From Campylobacterota bacterium (GTDB lineage Bacteria > Campylobacterota > Campylobacteria > Campylobacterales > Thiovulaceae): a stretch of 64,000 nucleotides of DNA. Location: positions 79,620 through 143,619 of the forward strand of contig JASKOM010000005.1 of assembly GCA_030152305.1 (NCBI GenBank), read 5' to 3'. Below the pieces are notes generated by a model. The model was not told where the DNA came from and did no database searches. It was given only the letters and a program-made list of their open reading frames with translations. The position numbers and the translations under genes are program-made. Below are positions 32,093 to 42,200 of the stretch, piece by piece; position 1 is the stretch's first letter; every line of letters begins with the position of its first letter.

Positions 32093-33259
32093 TTATTTAT
32101 TTGCTAAAGCAACCGCTTTTTTAGCACCATCAACAAGATTATCAGCAGAAATAATATTTGGAATATTTGCATTTCTTAGAATTTCAGCCGCTTCGATTGC
32201 ATTTGTTCCGTCAAGTCGAACGATAACAGGAACATTAACTTGTGTAATTTTTGTTGCTTCAAGAATTCCATTTGCAACTCGATCACATCGAACGATTCCA
32301 CCGAAAATATTTACAAAAATGGCTTTAACATTTTGATCTTTTAAAATAATTTCAAAACCTTTTGCGACTGTTTGAGGATTTGCTCCACCGCCGACATCTA
32401 AGAAATTCGCAGGTTGTCCGCCTTCGTGTTTAATAATATCCATTGTTGCCATAGCAAGACCAGCACCATTAACCATACAACCGACATTTCCGTCAAGTTT
32501 TACATAACTTAAATTACTTGCTTTTGCTTCAATTTCAGTTGGATGTTCTTCTGATAAATCTCGCATTTTTTCGATTGATGGATGTCTATAAAGAGCATTA
32601 TCATCAAAACCTACTTTACCGTCAAGAGCTAAAAATTCGCCTTTACCATTTTTAATTAATGGATTAATTTCGATCATATCAACATCTTTATCGATATAAA
32701 CTTTATATAAAGCTGAAGCGAATTTTGTGAAATATTTCATTTCGTCACCAGAAAGACCAAGACCGAAAGCTAAATTTCTACCATGAAAACCTTGAAAACC
32801 GATAATTGGATCAATAGCAACTTTAACGATTTTTTCAGGATGATTTTTTGCAACTTCTTCGATTTCCATACCGCCTTCAGTTGAAGCCATCATAACTGGC
32901 ATTTCTTTAGCTCTATCAAGAACGATGCCTAAATAATATTCTTTTTTAATATCAGCACCTTCTTCGATATAAACTTTTTGAACTAATTTACCTTCTGGAC
33001 CTGTTTGATGAGTAACAAGTTGCATACCAAGAATTTTACTTGTCCAAGTTTTTACCTCATCGAGAGAACGAGCAAGTTTAACACCACCGCCTAAACCTCT
33101 ACCACCAGCATGAATTTGAGCTTTAACAACCCAAATATTACCGCCTAATTCTTCAGCATTTTTAACAGCTTCATCAACAGAAAAAGCTACTTTGCCTCGA
33201 GGAGTTGGAACTCCATAATGTTTAAAAAGCTCTTTTGCTTGATATTCGTGAATATTCAT
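32093..33259 (-). CDS. sucC: Succinyl-CoA synthetase beta subunit
   Basis: MNIHEYQAKELF N-terminus and full ATP-grasp pattern. Confidence 0.95.
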   Translation of the reverse strand: MNIHEYQAKELFKHYGVPTPRGKVAFSVDEAVKNAEELGGNIWVVKAQIHAGGRGLGGGVKLARSLDEVKTWTSKILGMQLVTHQTGPEGKLVQKVYIEEGADIKKEYYLGIVLDRAKEMPVMMASTEGGMEIEEVAKNHPEKIVKVAIDPIIGFQGFHGRNLAFGLGLSGDEMKYFTKFASALYKVYIDKDVDMIEINPLIKNGKGEFLALDGKVGFDDNALYRHPSIEKMRDLSEEHPTEIEAKASNLSYVKLDGNVGCMVNGAGLAMATMDIIKHEGGQPANFLDVGGGANPQTVAKGFEIILKDQNVKAIFVNIFGGIVRCDRVANGILEATKITQVNVPVIVRLDGTNAIEAAEILRNANIPNIISADNLVDGAKKAVALANK

Positions 33260-33472
33260 AAAACTTTTTCCTTCTACATCTTGAATAATTAAGATTATAA
33301 AATATAATTTTTATGATTTTATCAAAAAGCGAATTCAAATATTTTTATTTTGTGAAAAATTTTCATATCGTGTAGATTTTAGCAACATGTAATTACAAAA
33401 TTGCATAACTTTATTTTATTATTTAATTGTGCGATATTTATTTATCTTATAAATAACTAAAGAGAAACTCAA

Positions 33473-35119
33473 ATGAATATATCAGAAATTACAAAAAAGA
33501 GCATTCAGACAATTGCAAAAAATGGAGATCCAATAACTCCGATTTTATTTTTTGATACATTTTGTGGTGAAGCAAGAAGAAATAAAGTAGCCGTTGAAGA
33601 CTGTGATATTATCAAAAATTTTATTGATAAATTAGATACAGATTTACAAATAGAAGTTAGAAAATATCATATTAGAACTATTAAAGAATTTTTAAGTTAT
33701 CTTGTTTCAGCATTAAATAGATTAAATGGAAATCATTTGGCTGTTCGTTATACATCGTTATTAGAATTAACAAAAAAAATGACTGAAGCTATTGCAATGA
33801 TTGATAATAAAGAACTTGAAGATTTATCAGGTCGAACAAACGGTTTATTAAATAGAACTCATTCGCCAGACAATTTAGATGATATAAAACGAGAATGGGC
33901 TAGATTTTCTACAACATATCGAAAAGATCGCAATCGCGAAAAATTATCAAAATATATACCGATTGATAAAAATGATGATTTAGATTCGATTATTGATAAA
34001 ATATTACCTGTCTTAGAAGATGGAACAAAACAAAAAGAATCTATTTCTCATAATCAGCGAGTTGTTGATCTTGTTTTTTATAGCATGAATCCTTCTTTGG
34101 TTTCTAACGAAAATAAAGAAATCGAAAATTTATATCGCAAAGTTCGAACAACTCCAACTTTGATTTATAATCGAGAAGTTCAAGACGAAATCGAAAAGTT
34201 TTATCATAAACGAATCGACTTGGATAGATCTGAAGAGGTTGCTTTGCTTTCTCGAACTGGAAATATTATCGGTTCTCTTGTTGATATTGAAACTCCAAAA
34301 GAACAAGAAACTTCATTTAATAAAATTGAAACTATTGATGAGGTTGAACATGATTTATCTGAAATCACAAAAGAAATTTCTTTACAAACTGAAAACGAAG
34401 CTGTAAAAGATACTGGTTTCTTTTCTAAGTTTGCATCAAAATTAGATAATGTCAAAAATAGAGCATCGTCGTTATTTGCTCGAGTTAAACGATATTCTGA
34501 CAAAATTGCTGAAGCGAAAAATCAATTTGAAAATATCAAAGATGAGGTGTCAAAAAAAAGAGCTGAAGCTGATTTAGATATTTTGACAAAAACGAAATCA
34601 AAAAAAAGTTTTGAAAAAGATATGAATGATTTAGAAGCAAAATATATATCAAAAAATGAAAATTATTCGTTAATTGTTGTTGATATCGATCGCTTTTTTG
34701 AAATAACAAAAAAATATGGCAACGATGCGGGAGATTTAATAATTAAATATTTTTCAAAAATCTTGAAAGAATATATCGCAAAAGGTGATAGTGTTGCTCG
34801 ATACGGTGATGATAATTTTGTAATTTTATTGCCAAATAAAAGTCTTAACGAAGCAATGATATTTACAAATAAATTTAAAGAAAAAATAAAACATACAAAG
34901 TTTGTTTATAAAGATGAACGAGTTTATATTTCGTTTAGTGCTGGAATCGCAGATAGATTTGGGTCGGAAAATACAACGGCAACAATGGATATTGCAAAAG
35001 CAAGAGTAAAAGAAGCAAAAGATGGCGGTCGAGATCGAATTATTCCAGATCCGACTGCCCAACTTAATTTAACAACTGATAATCAAAATGTAATAAAAGA
35101 TTCGACTATCGTTGTTTAA
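33473..35119 (+). CDS. GGDEF-domain protein with degenerate active site (YGDDNF)
   Basis: C-terminal VVDIDRFFEITKKYGNDAGD...ARYGDDNFVILLP. Confidence 0.75.
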   Translation: MNISEITKKSIQTIAKNGDPITPILFFDTFCGEARRNKVAVEDCDIIKNFIDKLDTDLQIEVRKYHIRTIKEFLSYLVSALNRLNGNHLAVRYTSLLELTKKMTEAIAMIDNKELEDLSGRTNGLLNRTHSPDNLDDIKREWARFSTTYRKDRNREKLSKYIPIDKNDDLDSIIDKILPVLEDGTKQKESISHNQRVVDLVFYSMNPSLVSNENKEIENLYRKVRTTPTLIYNREVQDEIEKFYHKRIDLDRSEEVALLSRTGNIIGSLVDIETPKEQETSFNKIETIDEVEHDLSEITKEISLQTENEAVKDTGFFSKFASKLDNVKNRASSLFARVKRYSDKIAEAKNQFENIKDEVSKKRAEADLDILTKTKSKKSFEKDMNDLEAKYISKNENYSLIVVDIDRFFEITKKYGNDAGDLIIKYFSKILKEYIAKGDSVARYGDDNFVILLPNKSLNEAMIFTNKFKEKIKHTKFVYKDERVYISFSAGIADRFGSENTTATMDIAKARVKEAKDGGRDRIIPDPTAQLNLTTDNQNVIKDSTIVV

Positions 35120-35198
35120 AAGTTTGATAAAGTATAAAAATTACAATTAATGTAATTATCGTTTGTTCCATAAGTTTGCCCGATCTATTTTAATTTAT

Positions 35199-36944
35199 TT
35201 AGAATTTTTTGCTGTTGACATCATTTAATATTGTTTTTGAAATGCCCTCAATTTCAACAACAGTTGAAGAAAATTTATTTGCTGTTAATAAATTCGCTGA
35301 AGCAGTTCGATCGATTTCAATCATTTTTTTATTAATTTCTGATATTTTTAGACTTTGTTCAGATAAGATTTTTCCAATCTGAACAATACCATCGTTTAAT
35401 ATTTCGATATTATGATTAATATTTATTAAACTGTTTTGAGTTGTTTCAGCTAAACTTCGAACCTCATCGCTAACAACTTTAAAACCTAAACCAAATTCAC
35501 CAGCTCGTGAAGCTTCAATAGCCGTATTAAGTGCCAATAAACTAGTTTGATCAGAAATTTCATTAATAGCCGAAACAATATTTTTAATATTAAATGACTG
35601 TTTAATAACATGTTTCGTTTGTTCAGCTGTGTCATGAATAACTGTTGCGATTTCATTCATAGATTGAGTGCCAGATTTGATATCTTTTGCCTGTTGTTGA
35701 GTTGCATTAATTAATTTAATCATGCCTTCGTTTAAATCACTAGCTTTAATTTTAAGAGATTCACTATTATTTTTAGAAGTTATGAGCATTCGAGAAATTT
35801 CAGTTCCCAATAAATTAACTGCAAGTGATATTTCAGCTTGTTGATCAAGAGTTCGTTTTGTAAAATCTTGATTTTTGTAATTTGTTAAAACAGTTAAAAG
35901 ATTTGGAACATTTCTTGCAATGTGAGTTTCGAGATATTCACCTAATTCATCCAAAAGATGTTTAAGCTCTTTTAAACTTTGGGTATCAGAACTTTTGGTA
36001 ACTTTAGCTGAAAAATTACCATGATTTAATTCATGAATAAATTTTGCAACATTATCAACGAATTCATCATCATTTTTTATAGATTCTTGAATTTTCTGAA
36101 TATTAACATTAATAGTTTTTGCCATATCTTCGAATTCATCACCAGAATTAATATGAATCGTATCAACACTGTTTGTTTCTCGATTAAAATATGAAAAGAA
36201 AGAAGATAAACCTTGTTTAATAGCATTGGTGTTTTTAATAATTTGATTTGAAGCAATTAATAAAATTATAATAAGTACAGACATTAAAACTATCAAGATA
36301 ATTTTTAAAGTTGTAAAGTTAGTTTGAATCATAGATTCTAGATTATTTAAAGGAACTGTAACACCAACAGCACCTCGGAAATCGCCAACTTTCCAATCAT
36401 CTTTTGGACTTAAACCGTGACTATTATGACAATTTACACAACCTTGAGCCATAACATCGGCAACAGCATATCTCAAAGTTGTTTTGCCTTGCATTTCAAG
36501 AATTTCATAATAAGGTTTTTTTGGTTCTTTTGCGAGAGCAACAAGAGATCTTTTTTCGAAAGTGTCAAGTTTAAGAGTTTTATTTTTAAAAGGAAATTCA
36601 CTATAAAGTCGCAAACTTACACCTTCTAATCTTTTTGCAACATTATCACCGATCATTCCGACGAAAGTTGCAGCAGCAGGAACAGCACCGTGAAGAGTTT
36701 CCCAATCAGCATGATCATAACCGCCATTTTGCTGAATTTTTGGCATGATTTTTCCAGCATAAATTTTACGAGTTTCAGATGCTTGAGAAACCATGATATC
36801 AGCCATCTGAATTCCACTTTGTTCTAAGATTTTATCTTTTGTAGAAACTAAAATAGTTAAAATAGAAGAAACAACAACAATTCCACCAACAATAACAGGA
36901 ACTGTGATTTTTAATTTTATGCTTACATTTTTAAATAAACTCAT
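35199..36944 (-). CDS. Methyl-accepting chemotaxis protein with periplasmic haem-c (Tll0287/DUF3365-like) sensor
   Basis: TM1, periplasmic domain with a single CVNCH site and [15 protein letters not shown]2, HAMP-like region, then the MCP core ([31 protein letters not shown]). Confidence 0.8.
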   Translation of the reverse strand: MSLFKNVSIKLKITVPVIVGGIVVVSSILTILVSTKDKILEQSGIQMADIMVSQASETRKIYAGKIMPKIQQNGGYDHADWETLHGAVPAAATFVGMIGDNVAKRLEGVSLRLYSEFPFKNKTLKLDTFEKRSLVALAKEPKKPYYEILEMQGKTTLRYAVADVMAQGCVNCHNSHGLSPKDDWKVGDFRGAVGVTVPLNNLESMIQTNFTTLKIILIVLMSVLIIILLIASNQIIKNTNAIKQGLSSFFSYFNRETNSVDTIHINSGDEFEDMAKTINVNIQKIQESIKNDDEFVDNVAKFIHELNHGNFSAKVTKSSDTQSLKELKHLLDELGEYLETHIARNVPNLLTVLTNYKNQDFTKRTLDQQAEISLAVNLLGTEISRMLITSKNNSESLKIKASDLNEGMIKLINATQQQAKDIKSGTQSMNEIATVIHDTAEQTKHVIKQSFNIKNIVSAINEISDQTSLLALNTAIEASRAGEFGLGFKVVSDEVRSLAETTQNSLININHNIEILNDGIVQIGKILSEQSLKISEINKKMIEIDRTASANLLTANKFSSTVVEIEGISKTILNDVNSKKF

Positions 36945-37131
36945 TTTTTATCCTAAATAACAACATGAAACTTGGCTAATATTAATTTATATTATAAATT
37001 ACATAATTATTAATTGACATTAGCGAAATATCTAGATGTCTAATGTTATCTAAACACAAACTTAAATAATCTTAAATGAGAATCCATATAAAAGAATAGA
37101 GTGAAAAATAGATATATTTGATGGTTTTGAG

Positions 37132-37163
37132 AACCTCATCGATAAAATAATTTCGATGAGGTT
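37132..37163. terminator. Hairpin made of an inverted pair of the ACCTCATCGA motif (11-bp stem, 10-nt loop)
   Basis: AACCTCATCGA at 37132-37142 pairs with TCGATGAGGTT at 37153-37163. It lies in the intergenic space between two minus-strand units. Confidence 0.5.
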
Positions 37164-37355
37164 AGTTGTTTACTTGTAACAAATATGCTACAATAACTTA
37201 CATATACCGATGTCTGTAGCCGAAAACCAAGGGCAGATATATGGTAAAAAGCGCCTTGAGTGACCCTCGAGGCTTTGGGAGATCTCCCTGGATTAACAGT
37301 CCACAGTTAGCAATTGTTACAGAAATATAGAGATTGTTAAGTAAAATAGATCGGT
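37160..37355 (+). repeat. ~196-bp repeat family, full copy A (possible structured RNA or MITE-like element)
   Basis: About 96% identical to 52195-52390 (7 substitutions by hand alignment). It contains the 12-nt palindrome GGGAGATCTCCC, several short hairpins, and 5'/3' segments that can pair (TTGTAACAA..TGCTA with TAGCA.TTGTTACA). Confidence 0.85.
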
Positions 37356-37366
37356 GATGGACAGAT

Positions 37367-39028
37367 TTATCTTATAGGATTAAGCGAAAAGTTGTTTATT
37401 AATTCAAAGTGATTAGTTTTATTATATTCAGTATTGACTAATTCTCGATTATTCCAGAATACTTTAACAGTTTTGTTTTTGTCAAGAGTCCAATTTAACT
37501 TAAGAGATTCACCTGGTTCATAATATCGATCAAGTGCTAAAAAAACACCGCCAATTTCTCTAAAAAGATATTTTGCTTCACCGTCAGAACCGTAATATAA
37601 AAATAGATCGATACGATTTTGATATTCAGAAAAATGATAATTATAAATTCCTTTTGAATTTGGAGCAGTATCATTTGGAATAAACTTATCGAAACTGTTA
37701 TCTTTTCGAATCCAAATCGAGTCAGCCATAATGTCTGAAAGTTTAATTTTTGTTAAACCTTCTCGTTCTTGATTATAACTATGCATTGAAGCACCTTGTG
37801 AAACAGCATTATTTTTAGAAAAATCTATAAATTCTACTTGTGTATTTTGAAAAAATTTACTCAAGACTTCTTTGACAAGATAAAACTTAGAACTGCCACC
37901 AGTAAAAATAAAAAGATCGATATCTTGTCTATTAATTTTGTGATTAATTAAACTATCTTTTAACGGTTTGATTAAATTACCTTGATCCGATAATAGATTT
38001 GTAAGTATTTTATTTTTTAATAATTTATCAGTTATTTCTAAATCGTTTATATATCTTCCATTAAGCAATTCAAAATTAACAGTTGTGTTAAATCTTTCTT
38101 TCATTCGTGGATTATTTAAACGATCAATAATTCCATTATTAAAATCTATTTTGAACTTTTCAGCCATATATACAGCTTTTGCAATCATTTTTGCCTGATC
38201 TTCGTCGTTTAATTGATCAATGTTTTGATTACCTGGAGTTTCATTGAACTGATCTAAAAAATAAGAAGCAATAGCTTGATCGATATTATCACCGCCGAAA
38301 TCCATTCGTTTTGATCTTCCAATAATGTTTATATCAAAATCATTTTCATCAATATCAAAATGAACATTTGCAATAGAAATATCTAATGTTCCACCGCCGA
38401 TGTCATAAACAACAACTTTTTTAGCTTGTTCAAAATATAAATTATCGAATTTATTAGATTCATTGCCAATTGTATTAATAAAATTTAGTAAAACAGCTGT
38501 TGGCTCATCTAAAATCATCGGATTTGAAAAACCTGCAATTTCCATTGCATGAATTGTTGCATTTCGTTCATCGCTGTTAAATGCCGCTGGAATTGTTACA
38601 GTAACTTTATTAAAATTATTTGTGTTAAATCTTTCAACAAGAGAGTTATAAACTGTTTTTAATAATATTGCTGAAAGTTCTGTCATTCCATATGATTTAA
38701 TATCAGAATTATTAGAAAGTTTTGGAACATCGATTACGGCAATTGTTCCCATTCGTGTTTTAACAGAACGAATTGTTTGTAACGGATATGTGCCATTTCC
38801 ATATAAATATTTTGCATAAGCTCCAGTATAAATTTTTCGATTATCTCGATCAATATAAATACTTGATTGAAGACCTTTTGAATTTCTATCAAATTCAAAG
38901 TTTTCATTCATTTGATAAATATTAATTGTTGTTAATTTATCAAGAGGATTTTCCCTGTTGTTTAAAATTTCAATCACTGAAACTGTTGTTTCGGTTGTGC
39001 CTAAATCGATGCCTACATATAAAGCCAT
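37367..39028 (-). CDS. Hsp70/DnaK-like ATPase paralog 4 (last gene of the operon)
   Basis: VGIDLGTTETT, LDEPTAVLL, VYDIGGGTLDIS, FTGGSSKF, followed by a ~140-aa beta-rich C-terminus. Confidence 0.8.
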   Translation of the reverse strand: MALYVGIDLGTTETTVSVIEILNNRENPLDKLTTINIYQMNENFEFDRNSKGLQSSIYIDRDNRKIYTGAYAKYLYGNGTYPLQTIRSVKTRMGTIAVIDVPKLSNNSDIKSYGMTELSAILLKTVYNSLVERFNTNNFNKVTVTIPAAFNSDERNATIHAMEIAGFSNPMILDEPTAVLLNFINTIGNESNKFDNLYFEQAKKVVVYDIGGGTLDISIANVHFDIDENDFDINIIGRSKRMDFGGDNIDQAIASYFLDQFNETPGNQNIDQLNDEDQAKMIAKAVYMAEKFKIDFNNGIIDRLNNPRMKERFNTTVNFELLNGRYINDLEITDKLLKNKILTNLLSDQGNLIKPLKDSLINHKINRQDIDLFIFTGGSSKFYLVKEVLSKFFQNTQVEFIDFSKNNAVSQGASMHSYNQEREGLTKIKLSDIMADSIWIRKDNSFDKFIPNDTAPNSKGIYNYHFSEYQNRIDLFLYYGSDGEAKYLFREIGGVFLALDRYYEPGESLKLNWTLDKNKTVKVFWNNRELVNTEYNKTNHFELINNFSLNPIR

Positions 39029-39040
39029 TTATTTTCCTGC

Positions 39041-40693
39041 TTAATTATCTTGATTGTTTTGAGTTGCAACAGTTTCAGCTTTTTGAGTTTCAACTATTTT
39101 TTCTAATTTTGCATGAATAACAACTGTGCCATCAACAGAAATAGCTGGAGAAAGAACTTTAAATTTATCAAAACTTAATTCGCCTTTAATAAAACGAGCA
39201 AAATCATTTTGGTTATTTGCATTGATTTCAATTACCTCATCTTTTGCAAATTTTTCAGTAATTATTTCACCAAACATTGATTGAACAGTTAAAAAGCTTG
39301 ATTCAAATTGCACTGCCAACTGTTTAGCTATTTTGATTTGAGCCTGTTTTTTGCCTTCAGCAATTCCGTTTTGTTTAGCTTGATTAAGTTTTTCAGCATG
39401 ATTTTTTGCATCTACTTTAGCTTGTTCAAGGTCAGCTTTTTCTTGAATATATTTTTGAGAAATATAAGCTAAATGTTCCAAACCATCAACCATATATTTA
39501 TGAAGATCAACAATTGCTTTTTCTTCAACAGGAATATGTAAATCTGCTTGTTGTTTTGAATTAAGATTATCAAGTTTTTTGTTGATTAACTTCAATTCTT
39601 CTGTTTGTTTTGTAAGAGTTGCAGGTAGCATTTCTAAATCTTGAATAAGCGGTTGAGAAAGTTTTTTATTAATTTCATCAACTGGAGTTTTAAGATCGTC
39701 AATTACAACATCAGTAAATTTAATTAATTTCTGATCTATTTTGTTTATTCCTTCTTGAATTGAACCTTTAATATTTTCATGAAAGTTTTTTGTTTTTTCA
39801 GCAAGATCTTTAGCTTGTTGTTCAACACTTTTTTCAGCACTTGTAACTTTACTGCTTATCATGTCGATGTCATATTTTGCAGGCAAACTTCTCACCGATG
39901 AGGTGTTGTTTTCTATTATTTTTACTGAAGTTTTCAAACTGGATATATCATTTTCAAGATTTCTTGTTGTTGAACTTTTAATAACTGTTAAGTCTGTTTT
40001 AACAGATTCAAGAGATTTTTTTATCTCTGTTAGAACTGAAATATCGAATGTTGCTTTCATTTTGTCCTCTTCTGTTTTTTTATTGTTTGATTGATCGCTG
40101 ACCTCATCGTTATTTTTATTTGATGAAGAAAGTGCATTTTGCGAACCGCTACTTTGTGCTGAATTGTTGTTTGATGGAATATTTGATTCAACTACCAACC
40201 AACCTTGACAAGCTGTTTGTGCTTCTTTGTTTGAACCTCTTTGAACATTTAATTTTTGTTTTTCACAAATGTTTTTTAACAGTTCGTCAATTTCTGTATT
40301 TTTCAAATAACAACGAATTCTAATTCCAGCTAAAGCTGTCCAAAAACCATCTTTTAAAGAATCACTAGGATAGATATCTTTTGCTACAGTTTTTAAAACA
40401 TTAATAACAGCTTCAATTACATCTTTTTGATTTTTTTTATCTGTAAGACAAGATTGGTTTTTATCAAGTCCATTGTTTGCTGTTTCCAACTTTTGTAAAA
40501 GTTGGTTATTATTTTGTATTCCCACTTTTTTACCCTTTCCATTTTTATTTGGTTTATTGTTTGGTTTATTTTCTTGTTTCTTTGGAGGCTTAACAGCACT
40601 AACTTTTTGTTCAGTCCCCTGTTTTGCAGGATTAAAAACTAAATTTTTTACAGTATTTACAAAATCTGTGATTATTGACATTTTAATTATCAA
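39041..40693 (-). CDS. Lys/Asn/Gln-rich coiled-coil protein, C-terminus possibly GrpE-like
   Basis: Basic low-complexity N-region, long heptad-like central region, and a C-terminal end (FKVLSPAISVDGTVVIHAKLEK) that resembles the GrpE beta-domain tail. Confidence 0.5.
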   Translation of the reverse strand: MIIKMSIITDFVNTVKNLVFNPAKQGTEQKVSAVKPPKKQENKPNNKPNKNGKGKKVGIQNNNQLLQKLETANNGLDKNQSCLTDKKNQKDVIEAVINVLKTVAKDIYPSDSLKDGFWTALAGIRIRCYLKNTEIDELLKNICEKQKLNVQRGSNKEAQTACQGWLVVESNIPSNNNSAQSSGSQNALSSSNKNNDEVSDQSNNKKTEEDKMKATFDISVLTEIKKSLESVKTDLTVIKSSTTRNLENDISSLKTSVKIIENNTSSVRSLPAKYDIDMISSKVTSAEKSVEQQAKDLAEKTKNFHENIKGSIQEGINKIDQKLIKFTDVVIDDLKTPVDEINKKLSQPLIQDLEMLPATLTKQTEELKLINKKLDNLNSKQQADLHIPVEEKAIVDLHKYMVDGLEHLAYISQKYIQEKADLEQAKVDAKNHAEKLNQAKQNGIAEGKKQAQIKIAKQLAVQFESSFLTVQSMFGEIITEKFAKDEVIEINANNQNDFARFIKGELSFDKFKVLSPAISVDGTVVIHAKLEKIVETQKAETVATQNNQDN

Positions 40694-42200
40694 TTACTGA
40701 AGTCATTTCAGCTGTTTGTATTAACAGATCTTGTTCGTTATAAAACTTAACTTCTATTTGATTTTGTAAACTTTCTCTAGATATTGATATTCTCACACGA
40801 TTATTTGTCAAATTTTGTGTATTAAATATTACTTTGCCAATTTTTGTGCAATTATCGATTTGCGAAGAATCACCTTCATAAATATAAATTGTTAAATTCG
40901 TATTATTTTGATTATTTGCAAAATAATAATCTTGTTTTGATGATTCGATACCGTAATCATGATTTTTTGACAAAATAGGTTTAAACGATGTGCCTTGAGC
41001 GATACCGATACTTTTGCTAGTTTTTTTAATAACTTTAAATGTAACATTGCCTCCCTTTGTCATTCCAGCAACAATACCAGCACCGTGTCCAACTAGTTCG
41101 TTTAAATTAGGTCTCGATTCAGGCTCTTTGCCAAAAAATTTATGAAGCAATTTTTTAATTGCAGGAATTGCACTTGAACCACCAGCTAAAATAACTCGAT
41201 CAATATCTTTAGGTTCAATAGTTAAATTATTATCAGAATAAAAAAGTTGTTCGAGCGAGTTTTGAATTCGACCTAAAACATTATGAACTCTTAATAATTT
41301 TTCTAAGTCGTTTCTATTAAAAGTAAAATCTAAAGTTTTTTCTTTGCCATTAACAACAAAAACCTCAAAAATTTCGTATTCGTCATCTGTTGAAAGCAAT
41401 TCTTTAGTTTGACGAGCAAGTGTATAAAGAGTTAATTTAAATTTCGCTCTTTCGTTTTCATTTGAAAAATCTTGCCAATTTACATTTAATTTTTTTCGAA
41501 ATTCTTCAGTAATTAAAAAATCGATGTCATTTCCACCCAAGTTTTCAACACCGTCAGTATTTAAAACTTCGAGTGTTACATTTGTTTGATTGTTTTTGAA
41601 ATTAATTAAAGTTGTATCAAGAGTTCCACCACCAAAATCAAAAACAACGATATTTTCTTGATGATTATTAGTTTGTATTGTTTGATTTAGCATTCCAAAA
41701 GAGATCGCCGCTGAAACAGGTTCTTCAATAAGACCGATAACAGTCAAACCAGCATTTTCAGCTGATTGAACGATAAGTTTGCGATAATTTTCAGAATAAG
41801 AATAAGGAACAGTTATAACAACACCATCAATTTTACGATTTTCGTTAGATTCAACTTTATTTTTGATAGATGAAAAAATCATTGTTGCAAGTTCTATTGG
41901 TTTAACTCTACGATTATTTAAATTTTTAACAGTGTAAAAAGTATCGTTAGTAACAATAAATCTTTTTATATCTTTAAAAAAATTTAAAGGATCAGCTGAT
42001 CCTCTTGTTGTTGCCGTATTTCCTATAATATTATTTTTGTCATTTTCAATATATATAACATTTTCAAATATATTTGAACCTCCAAATTGTCCTAAATTAG
42101 CAACAGGAACAGCATTATTTCTTACAAAATCATATTTTGTTACAAACATTGTTGATGTGCCGAAATCAATACCTAAATACAACATTTTTAATTTTTCCAA
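40683..42200 (-). CDS. Hsp70/DnaK-like ATPase paralog 3
   Basis: LGIDFGTSTMF, IEEPVSAAISFG, VFDFGGGTLDTT, LAGGSSAIPAIKK. Confidence 0.8.
   Translation of the reverse strand: MEKLKMLYLGIDFGTSTMFVTKYDFVRNNAVPVANLGQFGGSNIFENVIYIENDKNNIIGNTATTRGSADPLNFFKDIKRFIVTNDTFYTVKNLNNRRVKPIELATMIFSSIKNKVESNENRKIDGVVITVPYSYSENYRKLIVQSAENAGLTVIGLIEEPVSAAISFGMLNQTIQTNNHQENIVVFDFGGGTLDTTLINFKNNQTNVTLEVLNTDGVENLGGNDIDFLITEEFRKKLNVNWQDFSNENERAKFKLTLYTLARQTKELLSTDDEYEIFEVFVVNGKEKTLDFTFNRNDLEKLLRVHNVLGRIQNSLEQLFYSDNNLTIEPKDIDRVILAGGSSAIPAIKKLLHKFFGKEPESRPNLNELVGHGAGIVAGMTKGGNVTFKVIKKTSKSIGIAQGTSFKPILSKNHDYGIESSKQDYYFANNQNNTNLTIYIYEGDSSQIDNCTKIGKVIFNTQNLTNNRVRISISRESLQNQIEVKFYNEQDLLIQTAEMTSVIDN

Noticed and set aside
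37277-37288. The perfect 12-nt palindrome GGGAGATCTCCC as a restriction or methylation target
   Set aside because: It occurs only within the repeat-family copies, so it is better explained as part of that element (a hairpin or protein-binding site) than as an independent site. No cognate enzyme is evident.
37241-37330. A 29-aa ORF inside the 196-bp repeat (MVKSALSDPRGFGRSPWINSPQLAIVTEI; copy B at 52276-52365) with an AAGGG box 7 nt upstream
   Set aside because: Of the five in-ORF substitutions between copies, three are non-synonymous. The partial copy C lacks the start and uses another frame. The conserved hairpins fit an RNA or DNA structure better. It is kept only as an alternative to test.
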